Assembly (NCBI GenBank): GCA_013115125.1
Contig: JABANN010000274.1
Span: forward strand, 1 to 44,430
Direction: 5' to 3'
Source of the DNA: Perkinsus olseni
Lineage: Eukaryota
Length of the DNA: 44,430 bases
The position numbers and the translations under genes are program-made. Numbering within the stretch: position 1 is the first letter of the stretch; each line of letters starts with the position of its first letter. Shown one piece after another: positions 26,765-37,206 of this stretch. Under the pieces are notes generated by a model, which saw nothing but the letters and a program-made list of their open reading frames with translations, was not told where the DNA came from and made no database searches.

Positions 26765-27164
26765 TGGTGCGAATACTCTGTCCGGTCCTCCTCCTCTTCG
26801 TTGTTATCATTCTTATTATCTTGACTACCTATCACCGTGTATAGCCGACCGATTGCTCTACTAAGCGTGCTCTGAGTTGAATGAGGATTGACCGCGCTGA
26901 CTGGCGCAAGGGTGCTTGTAAGCTTAGCGTAATGACAGCTACAGTAGCCGCCCCACCACCAGGCTCTTCCCCCTCACTGAGGCTACGGGAAGGGTCTTCA
27001 TCTGCAGCGGGTATAACGATAGCGGACAGGCAGAACAGAATCAAGCGAGGTGGTACTGTGAAGGGACTTATAGAGATGTCGCTTCTATCTGGTTACGATG
27101 GCGTGTATTTTTACGAAGGCGAACAGTTCTTACATGTGTATCGCCGTTCCATCACTGTTACTGG

Positions 27165-27255
27165 GCCTTCGTGACCAAGTGGGGGAGCTCGCTCAGCGAA
27201 GCTGTTAACTCGAGATAGCCCGTGCCCTGGTTCGAATCGCGGGCCAGACATTTTT
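27165..27255 (+). pseudogene. Degenerate tRNA-like element with A-box-like, B-box and oligo-T
   Basis: TGACCAAGTGG at 27172-27182 and CCTGG-TTCGAAT-CGCGG-GCCAGAC-A-TTTTT at 27226-27255. The cloverleaf does not close. Confidence 0.55.
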
Positions 27256-27390
27256 CTGTCAAGAAATGATTCTGTGAACAACTCTCGAGGACCCAATAGG
27301 AGCGTCGTTTTTATCCGCTCTATCACTTTCACTTACTCTCGGATCCATTGACGAGTTTATAATCGGTGCTCAGTTATGCCGCAGTTGTAG

Positions 27391-30300
27391 CTGGACGTGT
27401 CACCATCAGGTGTCACCCGTCGATTCCACGATGTCGACTATCTCGTGGAGATCGAGATAGAAGGGGACAACCTGACGGCTTCTTGTGAAGAGCGTTTCGA
27501 GGGCACTAGGTACTGCGGGATGCACGCTTCGACCTTGGATACTCGCTCTTGAGTGAAGGCTTTAGGTGGACCTCTACGTTCTCGAGTCGGTTTATCGAGG
27601 AGATTACTCACCGGACTGGCAACTTCAAGTCTTTTGCGGTCTTCGTCCAAATGCTGTTCGACGCGTTGCTCGATACAGACCAACAGGAGGCTGTGCAGGA
27701 CAACACTACTGTTACAGTGGACATCCTCACGTGAGCGAAAAAAATGATCCATGCCGGGATCGAACCTGGGTGGAGTGATGTGGAGCCCTCTGGTTCTTTA
27801 GGGGGCGAGACCTCGAGCTGTTACGGCATCGTAATGGCGGCGGCGTTCCGCCATCACAATTGACTTCGAGGTCGCTGCCGGACTCGGAGGCCAAGCGGTA
27901 CTTGATACTCACGTATCAGGTCAGTTGAACGGGAATACGTATCTTACCTCGATCATGGTGCTTCGCGGAATCCTTAGATATCTCCACCATCGGATTAACG
28001 TAGCATCTCTCTCCTCAGGCCTCTTATGACAGAGTGCACTACCCGTTAGCTTTGGCGCGCCAGGAGCCGGGCTCGGATGCCGCAGCATTATTGCGGACAA
28101 TCAAACGATTGAGTCGCGAGCTGAAGGTGTTGGGGAGGGGGACTGTGGCTCATCGGGGACGAGGGTGATTAGGACTCCGTCGTCTGAGGCTTTCGACTGG
28201 TTTTGCACTCGGTAGTTCGCGCTGGCTAGCGTCAAGGTTGCTCTCTGTTACACTAGGGAACTTGTGCAACACGTTGAACCAAATGAGCCAATTGGTGCGA
28301 AATAATAACTCTCATTAACAATAGAACAATCGTACAAGGGCATCGGAACAGCGATCAATCCCTCACTCAAATCATCATACCAAATCAATATCATTCAACT
28401 ATCGCGCGCCCTTTAACACAATACCACGTCAAACGCAAAGGAAATATGATAAACGAACCATCCGGTTGGCTCTGACCCAATGGAGGCAGCCGTTTAGCTT
28501 GCTAGAAGCCAAGGGCATAAGTACGACTTTACAGTAACAGCGCGTCTAACACTAAGTCGAGCAAAGACTTACGTGGCCTGTGCTCGTGGTACGTCGCTGT
28601 TTGTGGGTTTGACGGGTTGAGGTTGATAAACGTTTCACTTGTGATTCGTTTAATGTACCCTGACAGACGTGTAAAATTCCGTTCCCGCTCACAAACTACA
28701 CCGAGAATTGAATCCTTCATCCGAGGTCATGCTTAGGATGTGTATCGCTCCAGTCGAGGAGGCAGTCAAACTGTGACAAGGTCGGTGGACAGTGAATGCC
28801 CTGTTACAGCGGATCCTGTTCCGCCTTCGAGGTGAGATATGACCATGCTCCAGCATCAATGCTTCGTCACAGAGCGGCCCCGTCTAAGAAGCTCATCGCC
28901 CGGTTGGAGGAGGAGAATGAGCGGCTGGTTCGACGATGCGCCGAACTGCAGCATGAGATTGATCATAGAGGACCTCGCGCAGGTGGTAGTAGCGAGTCTT
29001 GTACGGTATTCCGTGCAAGCTTCAACCTTAGGTGCTCGAGGGCAGCAAGTAAGTGAGTTGAAGAGGCTTCGAGAGACTAATAATAGGCTGCATGGAGATC
29101 TCAAGCAGTTGAGGGAAGCGAAGATGCGGCAGGCCCAGTTGGTAGTAATGGGGGTGGCCTGTGATTCTCGTCCTCGTTGGCATTGGTGTGGTATACTCGG
29201 TCTGATAATCATGTTGAAGTCTGGGTCTGCTGCTTGGGATAGAGGAGAGTTGTAGACGTAGCCGCGGTGAGGAACCCCGCTCAATGACGAGGGGATACAC
29301 CTGAGTACATTGTACGATCATCGAGCCATTGGCCAGGGGCCGTCGTTGGGGTCCGAGAGCGAATGTGGAGGTGCGGAAGGAGTTAGTGCGCTAGGCCGAT
29401 GAATTCGTCAGCAGCGTCACCGCATCTCTCTTTGAATTGCTGTAGCAGTGCCTGAAAAGTCTATGGCGGGGCGAACCGCAGGAAACGTGTTGGATAAGTT
29501 TCACTCGACTGGCCGGACTCAACGTGGCATAATAGTATTGTAATGGTAGTAGTAGTAGGATTTGTAGAGCTAGGGTGGGGTATCGGCGTCGCTGTTGCAA
29601 AGGCCACGTTATGGGCGATAGTGGCTCTCGGATCGTATGCCTGAATGGAATACTACTGTTTTGGTCTGACACTCGTACTCTTAATGTATGTACAGCCGTT
29701 TCTCAGCATCGTAATGAGATGGAGAAACTCCGCAAAGAGTTGAATAATGCCCGAGGACAAGAAAGGCAGCTTAGAACAAAGGTAGTTCGAAATTTGTGGG
29801 AGTAGCGCGCGCCCTGGTGATCGATTTGATTCAGATCCGTTCTCTGGAAGGTGAACTCTCGCGTCAGCGGAGTAGAGCGCCGAGCTCGGCAGGATCGTTG
29901 CGATCGGGTGGGCGTGCGGCTTCCCCTGTGTCACCACGAACGCACATGATGAACCGAAGCGTACGGACTGGTCGGTCCCCGTCCCCCGCTACCACTCGTG
30001 GGCGGCCGCACAGTGCAGCCCTTCCTAGACGACCCCCTAGCACTACTTCGTCTCGTTCTAGGGGAAGTGTTGGCTCTGCTCCAGTTCGCTCGACGAGATC
30101 TCCTCGGGAGTATGCGGCTGGTTATGTGAGCCCTTACGCGCAGAGACCATCACCTGGACAGAGGAAGCCATCGCCGTATAGGGAGAGGGAGTTCCGGGCG
30201 TCTCCAGTTAGACGGTTTGATACGAGGACGTCTCCTGTGCGGGGTCCGAGCCCGGTGAGGAGGGCTGAGAGCCCGGTGGCTCGTCGGCCGGCACGGTCGA

Positions 30301-30473
30301 GCCCCATACTGAAGTTCACGGAGAGGCCGGTGCCACCTACCCGTGAAAGCCTAGCTTCAAGCAAAGATACTCCGGTAGTGGCGACGGTTGCGAAGTCGGG
30401 AGGGGAGGTTGGGGACATCGACGCCCGCTTGATGGCTCTACAGAACTTCCTACGCAATACGATGAAGACTTAG
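27391..30473 (+). CDS. CCDC61: CCDC61/VFL3 centriole/basal-body coiled-coil protein (first exon unresolved)
   Basis: RWTSTFSSRFIEEITHRTGNFKSFAVFVQML, VDILTGRDLELLR, KRYLILTYQASYDRVHYPLAL, coiled-coil exons, a Ser/Pro/Arg-rich tail and the C-terminal DIDARLMALQNFL match the recalled CCDC61 architecture. Confidence 0.88.
27738..27769 (-). promoter_or_regulatory. Intronic tRNA 3'-end-like/B-box element (antisense to CCDC61)
   Basis: CCAGG-TTCGATC-CCGGC-ATGGATC-A-TTTTTTT in intron 27731-27801. Confidence 0.75.
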
Positions 30474-30528
30474 CGACTCATCGTTGATAGTTGTGTAAGA
30501 TTTGGTATGAAGTATAATTCAGCCCACT

Positions 30529-30830
30529 TTACATGATGGTCTCTCCTTCTCGGGAAGGGTATCTTGGGTTGATGCTGGCACTTGACGGGTTGATCTTCTC
30601 AGTGGGTCGGATTCTCATCATCACAGCCATGCAGCCGTCGATTCGCAACACATTTCTGTCGTTCGAGGAGGCGGGCGAGGTCAGATGCGAAAGGCGGCAG
30701 AAGAAGACACGCAGCATGCCCGCGAAGAGCACATGCGATCGCCAACAGCTGGCGCTTACCTCGCTTCTCTATCGATCTGGTGTGGAGCCGCCCCAGGTGG
30801 GTGAGGGGCGATATCCGAGAATACACTCCT
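30529..30830 (-). CDS. Possible 3' exons of a small hypothetical gene
   Basis: A GTAAG...CAG intron joins SVFSDIAPHPPGAAPHQIDREAR to NVLRIDGCMAVMMRIRP...IM*. No recognisable homology and no start identified. Confidence 0.25.
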
Positions 30831-31339
30831 GACCGAGAAACTCGTGCAGAAAGGAGTTTTCGTTCGGAAATTTTTTCTTCAGTGGGACTTGGTGGTTAGT
30901 TCGATTCCCAGGACATGAGCCGAAAAAGCAACAAATTTGCGATCTAGTGATGCCTTCGACTCCTGCTTGGCAGATGATGCTTCCAAATTCTCTCCGGACA
31001 ATTCTCTCGGACGGGACTGTGCCTCTCCAAGGGAGGAATTGAGCTTGCTGCGTTGGGGAAATTATCGTTGTTTTTTTGTTTTATCATTTAATAATTTCTG
31101 ATAAACTTTGCAGCCGCGGAAATCATTCTCTTCTCCATGGGTTTTTTTGGATGCTTATGAGAGTCTGGAGTGAAACGTTCGTGGGGGCTAACACTCCGCT
31201 TAAGAGATGATCGGGCCGCGGCCGAAAGGAGCCGATCAGTTGTGCTTTGTCGTTATCGCCTGACATGAGTGGTACTGATAGAAGCCCCGTCTTTATAGTA
31301 GGAAGAGGACGCTCTTACGAACGCTAGAGGACAGGGGGA

Positions 31340-32155
31340 TTGTGCGCTCACACCGTCACAGTAGTATTGGTAAACTTGCGCACTACGGGCGAAAATTATT
31401 ATTTATCGGTTGTTGATGATAGTTTTCGAGCGAACCATGTGATTGTTGTGGTGAAGTATCAGGAGCTGTGGACTGCCGTTGTTATTCACCGCCAGTGTGA
31501 GGCCAGCTCTCGTCAGGTGACTGTCCAGGAAGCAGATCCAGATGGGCCGGGCAACAGCAGCAGCAGCAGCAGCCTCAACACCTCTATTTATCACTTGAAC
31601 CCTTTAGCTCTATTAAAGTCGGACTCCAACAGTACCTGCTCGAACGCTGTCCATTCCGAGCCTTTGCCCAGCCCGAAAGCGGCACATTCCCTTCACAAAC
31701 GGAAGGGTTGGCCGTCGCACATCGATCTTGAGGGGCTCTCGGAGCATCATCGCAATACGTTGCTGATGTCCATACCGCACGATCCGGAGACGGACGAGGT
31801 TTTGTCCTGCGGGAGCATCCCTCATTCCCTGGGCACCTGCAGACCATGCGTCTTCGCGCGGAACCTTGGGCGACCCTGTCAGTACGGGCAAGCGTGTCTG
31901 TATTGCCATTACCAGCACGAGACGAAGAAGAGAGTTAGGAAAACTAGAAAACAGCGGGCGGAGGCGAAATTGGCGGCGGCGCTCAGCAGTGATATCGAGA
32001 CCTTGGATGACGAGGATGATGGTGTTTCTCCTCGGCCGAGCGAAGCTGTGGTGGAGACGGTCAACCCCGAGGAAATCTATAAGGACTTGATGGACAGCGT
32101 GATGCTGGTCTGTGCTCAAAATTTGGGAATAAGGCGGCAGATGGAGAGCAGTTGA
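31340..32155 (+). CDS. CCCH (C3H1)-type zinc-finger protein of the dinoflagellate/perkinsid type (true start uncertain)
   Basis: SCGSIPHSLGTCRPCVFARNLGRPCQYGQACLYCHYQH followed by the basic tract KKRVRKTRKQR. Confidence 0.8.
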   Translation: MCAHTVTVVLVNLRTTGENYYLSVVDDSFRANHVIVVVKYQELWTAVVIHRQCEASSRQVTVQEADPDGPGNSSSSSSLNTSIYHLNPLALLKSDSNSTCSNAVHSEPLPSPKAAHSLHKRKGWPSHIDLEGLSEHHRNTLLMSIPHDPETDEVLSCGSIPHSLGTCRPCVFARNLGRPCQYGQACLYCHYQHETKKRVRKTRKQRAEAKLAAALSSDIETLDDEDDGVSPRPSEAVVETVNPEEIYKDLMDSVMLVCAQNLGIRRQMESS

Positions 32156-32566
32156 GGACGGCATGCTGCTCATACCACTCCTTTCGTAATTATTGCTTCT
32201 CTCTAGCTCTCGTTCATGATACGAGTAAATTGACTTTAACCATGCTACGTCGTTGACTGTCTATCGTGTTGCGCTCAGTTGCCGGGAAGGGCGCTAGGCG
32301 TCAGAAAAGTCCGGCTTCATCTGGGCTCCCAATCTACGCGCTGGAGGCGGAGTATCCGATCCTAGGTCGGAGGTCTCCACGATCGGGCGCTTCTACAATG
32401 ATAGACTCGGAAGTGATCTGAAGCTCGACGAGCCTTGCTGTTTGTGACAGGGCCTTGAAGCAGTGAGTCTGCATGCTACTCATGCTCACAGTGTGCATTG
32501 GGTCGGTCATAGCCCTACGCCTGGCCTAGCACGATCTATGATTCCTGCCAGCCACCTTACTAGTTC

Positions 32567-35500
32567 ATGTCATCTCGTTCTCGGTGTCACCTGGCCGCGC
32601 TCCTCAACCTAGAGGATGTCCACCTCGTCCTGGCGGAGTTCCTCACCTTCATGGACTGCCAGGCACTGGAGGGGACGTGTAGAGGGTGGAGGTGGGCGTT
32701 AAGAGGTCAGTGTTGGTGCTGCCACTTGACAGGCGCTTTATGTCGGCCCGGGCTTGCAGCGCCGGCGGGGAGACTGTCTCCGCGTTCGGGTCGTATTTGG
32801 TTTCGTTTCAGAAGACGCGTGGCAGCTGTGGCGGCAGGTGTTCCTCTACAATCATTGCTACCAGTTGGATACCACTCCTTCGCGATCTCTGGAAGGTGAG
32901 TGGGGCGCTCCAGGGTAGCACGGTCGATCACTCATGGTTGTGCGGTACGTAGAATGTAGACGATCTTCGCTCCGTCATTGCACGTGAAAAAGCTCCAATA
33001 TGAAATAAGGGCGGAGCGATACTCTCGGATGTCCCTATTGTATTGGTGACTACGAGAGAGTCTACAGGGAGATTTCTCACGCGACTTGCATCACTCGACC
33101 GTGGCGTTGAATCAGCGCCGCTGTGACGTGAGATCGACCATTCGCGCGCCGCTGATAGTAGATCACCCACCGCACGATTAGGACCATGCCGCAGTATACA
33201 GCGTCGGTGCTTGAGAAACGCTTTTCCACTGGGTTTGTTGAGCATACTTCTACCGGTCTTGCTGGCCTCCAGCGCCAACGACAGCCCGTGAAGAATTTTG
33301 CTTCGTACGCTACACCCTTCGACCATGGGAGCATACTGTAGTCCGTTATTCGCCGTGTCTCTCAGACGCAGGAGTGTGCGACACTAGACCCTTCGGACGG
33401 CAGGCCATCGGCTGGACACTGCGAGTTCAAGACCATCGTGATGACACTGTTTGGCGGCAGGGCGTAGTGGTGGAATACAGCCCCACACGGGACTGGTAAG
33501 TGGTGCCCTCTCCGATACGTCAGAGCCTCCATCATACCACTTTCAACCACTGCCTGCTACATTTGTGACCGAAATCGAATTCTCGCTCTCTCCGCTCCTC
33601 GGCACTGTTTTCGTGTGCGACTACCTGCTGATGTACCTGTATGATCTGCTCCACGCGCGGTACGCCGAGTCTGCCAGGGACGGCAGTTCCGGCCCTGAGT
33701 TGGCCCAAAGGCCGTCCGGGTGATTCAAAAAATGTCAAGTCCCTGTCAAAAATTCTTGACAGGGGGAAGTAGAGAGATAAATTGAGATTTAGGAAAGGTA
33801 TGGTATCAGGAGTTGGGGAAGCAAGCCACTGTACTGTGCTGATATACCACTCTTCATCCATGCAGTTATCGGATACTCTACTCGGACCCAGAAGTGCAGA
33901 CGATGACTCGACTGGAGTCACTACAAGCTGGCCTTGACATGCACGAACGCCTCGATGGCAACGAGGACGACGGGGAAGAGTTCCCACCGACATTCTGGGA
34001 GTCCGAGTCCCACACGAGCGAGTACCGCATCCGCCGCGGCGGGTATGTAAAGAATATGTCGCGCTTTGAGTGGCTGAAAGCGCTGGACGGCCAACAGCGG
34101 AGCGAAGCAGGACGGGAAGAAACAACGGCCGCTGGTGATCTGCTGGAGAGCGGCAATGGTCATCGGAAGGCTTTCGGTGGTGAACTGAGCTGGAAGGGAA
34201 TCGCGAGGCACTTGTCGGGCGAGGTGAGGGGAGGACGCGCTCTGCCGAACGCGGCTGACGCGTGGCTGTAGGTGCCGAACAACGCAGTGTTGACTTTGAG
34301 AGATCATGATGATGAGGTCCTCTACGCCGACTTCAGTCCGTGCGGAAGGTTCCTGGCCACCGCGAGCCGAGATGGGACATGTGAGAAAAATGGAAGCTGC
34401 CGGGATCGAACCTGATACCTTTCGCTGCTCCTCTTTTAGCCGGTATTTATGCCCTGTTCGACCCTCTAACCGACAGCCCCGAGGAAGTGGACTTCACCCG
34501 CACAGTATGCTACGACTTTCTTGATCTATCACAGTCGTCTCCCGGCCTACCACACGTGATGGTGGACTCATCCTCGTGGCGCTGGGGCCGGGATGGCAGC
34601 ATCGCTTCCCGCCTGCTGTGTAAAAGGCACTCGTCTGTTGTCGTCTCAGTCGGCGTCCTCAGGTCGTCTTCATTGTGGCTGGACGGTGCGTTCCCGAGGG
34701 AATTCTCATGAAGCTGTGCGAGAGAAGCTTTACCCTGGTCGAGTGACTTGGGCGCCCGATTCGACCTCTCTGCTGGTCGCGTCGAGTGGCCCGGTCTTCT
34801 GGATCGACATGCGAGCTCTCATTGCCGGTCGAGGGCCTCCTAGAGCGATCACTAGTATTGCGCAAGTAGTGCTGCTTTGCTTCGCTCCGCCGTCCACCCG
34901 ATTTTTTTCAGAGCCCCGGGGACGTCTACGGCGGTTTCCTGTTTTACCCTCCGGACGATTCCGCTGGCCTCAGTGTTGAAGATTTCGAGGGCCGAATTCC
35001 TCTCGAGGATCGGCTATGTGTTCTGTCAAGTAATCAGCCTAGAGAAGTACAGCCCAAGCTGTAGATCGTTTTGGCCACTTTCGATTCTCCTGTTCAATAG
35101 GCTGATGCTGACACTCAGAATCGTCTCTGTGAAATGCGGCCCTTGAATCCATTCTGAGATCCAGAGTTTATCACCCCCAACGTCTCCGCGCTGGCCTCTC
35201 AGCGTCGTACACTTCTCGTTGATTCACTCTTCGCTGGGATTCCTCAGGTAGCCGCATCATTCCTTTGCTCGATCAAGACACGGGGGTTGGCAGCCTTACT
35301 CAGCGATTCGAAATTCACGGTAAACCCGTGGAAACACCTTCGAGACCATCAGAAGGAACACGGTCGCTGCCGGCAGCTGTCTTCGATGTCAACCTGGGGC
35401 GCCAAGCTCTCATCAGGGCCATTTCGGGTAGGAGGATGGTGGCCCTTTCCTGTCTCGCCACTCTCACGCAGAAGTCATTTGCTCCGTCGGATTCTGTTGA

Positions 35501-36419
35501 CTCCACGTTCAGTACACGCAGAACGGCAGCTGATGGTCGGCCTGACGGGAACCAAGCTCACTATGATGGATCAGGCGGTCATTATTGATCTTAAGCACGG
35601 CATCACTGTTAGCAAACCGTTGCCGAGAAGTGAGCGGAGCGAAGCTGCCCATTATAGTCATTGGCGCCCCTCTCTCCTCAGGCACCCGGTTTCCTGTGAG
35701 GCTATCTTCCCCGGCAGTGAGGATAGTAGATTTCTCGCATGTTGCTTGTAGGAACTTCGCTCCGCCCTCTAATCGTTCGATTCGCTCCTCAGGCTGTCTG
35801 GCGTGTCGGCTGACACTTGACGGTGACGGATTGCTCATAAATTTGAGGAAATTCGCGAACCAGGATTTAACGGAAAAGTTCTACGAAGACCCGTCGGCTC
35901 TACCGACCCTAGCTCCGGACCTGGACGTCAATATGGAAGCTCTACTGGTCCCTGTCGTGGAGGGCGATGACGATAGCCCCGCCAGCGTGGATCGCCAAGG
36001 CGTTACTGTCATGAAGGGCCACCACGCTTACACTACGAAAAGCAGTCCATTCATGATCATGCCTGATGGTAAGGCCTTGAGGATCCGAGACAGTCTTTCG
36101 CTCGGCATGCGTCCTGTCAGGAGTGTTGGGCTCGCGACAAGTGATTTCGAGTGGCGGCGAGGACGGCAACGTGTATACTTGGACACTTACTGGCTCGGGT
36201 GTAGCCCCTCTTGTTTGCGTGGGGAGATTGGTTCATCGTGATACTGTCAACTTGGTAAATTACTGTCCCATTAAACGTGGCGTGATGCTGAGCAGCTCGG
36301 ACGACAACAGTGTTGTCGTGTGGCTCAGCGACCAACGGCTGTACCACGCCAGGGCCGCCACCACGTCATTGAGTTGTGATAGTTGTGTACCGCATTACTC
36401 AATTTTTTCACCGTATTAA
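32567..36419 (+). CDS. FBXW5: F-box/WD40 protein, FBXW5-like, multi-exon
   Basis: N-terminal F-box-like LNLEDVHLVLAEFLTFMDCQALEGTCRGWR. WD repeat LRDHDDEVLYADFSPCGRFLATASRDGT. C-terminal GHHAYTTKSSPFMI...ISSGGEDGNVYTW...HRDTVNLVNYCP...MLSSSDDNSVVVW resembles FBXW5. Middle exons are only partly resolved. Confidence 0.72.
34386..34415 (-). promoter_or_regulatory. Intronic tRNA 3'-end-like/B-box element (antisense to FBXW5-like gene)
   Basis: TCAGG-TTCGATC-CCGGC-AGCTTCC-A-TTTTT in the 59-nt intron 34381-34439. Confidence 0.75.
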
Positions 36420-36439
36420 CTTCTCTTGCTTTTCTGTAA

Positions 36440-37160
36440 TCAATATTGGTCTCGGAGTAGTCCCTTCTAAGAACGCCGTATGTGATGTGGCGAAATCTGA
36501 GTATCACCTGATGCAGCTCGTGGACCTGCTTGTCGTGATGCCATTGCCGTAGAATCTCGCCGTCCGAAGAGGTGGAGGTAGGAGTGTGAAGACGTGCGGC
36601 TCGGCTGTTCCGACCTCACGCCGTCGGGCTCACGGTGTCAGAACAATAGCCAGTACAGGCAGCTACTGCCTGTAATCGCCGCTCGAGCGGCGAATGCTCA
36701 GCCGCGCTGGTGCATTGTTCGCCGCTCGAAGACGACGAAGGGAAATACCACCATGCAAAGAACGCCTGTACGGCATGCGAAGCGAGCCACCCTGGATATC
36801 TCCAAAATACTCCGGTCAAGAAATTCCACCCGAACCTTCATTCTCACAGTATCTTCATGTAATTATATGTCTTGCGATGAAGGTAGGGCAGTGGTGAACC
36901 CCCATCGAGTGGATGAGCGAACGGCGTTTGATGGCCGCCATCATGATGAACTAAGAGCAGCGGCGACCAGTGGGCGAGGATAAATCACTGAAGATGCTCT
37001 CCTCTCCTTCCCTGCTGCTCCACACACTGATCGGGAGTGACTGTTTGGATAGAGGAAGGCCCCCATCCCTCCACTGACTGTGCTGACAACTGAAAGCATG
37101 AACGTTTTAGACGAACTCGAAACTCAGGACGAGGGTAGCACACGGAGATAGTCGCACCAT
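36440..37160 (-). CDS. Small multi-exon hypothetical protein, possibly single-TM
   Basis: GT-AG splicing gives MVRLSPCQHSQWRDGGLPLSKQSLPIIHHDGGHQTPFAHPLDGGSPLPYLHRKTYNYMKILVARFACRTGVLCM...DGEILRQWHHDKQVHELHQKGLLRDQY*. The central junctions are ambiguous. Confidence 0.45.
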
Positions 37161-37206
37161 GACACCAGTAAAGTCACATCAACTGATAGGAAATATCGAA
37201 CTACTA

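Noticed and set aside
26718-27150. Possible small spliced minus-strand gene with an acidic segment (DNKNDNNEEEEDRTEY)
   Set aside because: No consistent exon chain or homology could be established.
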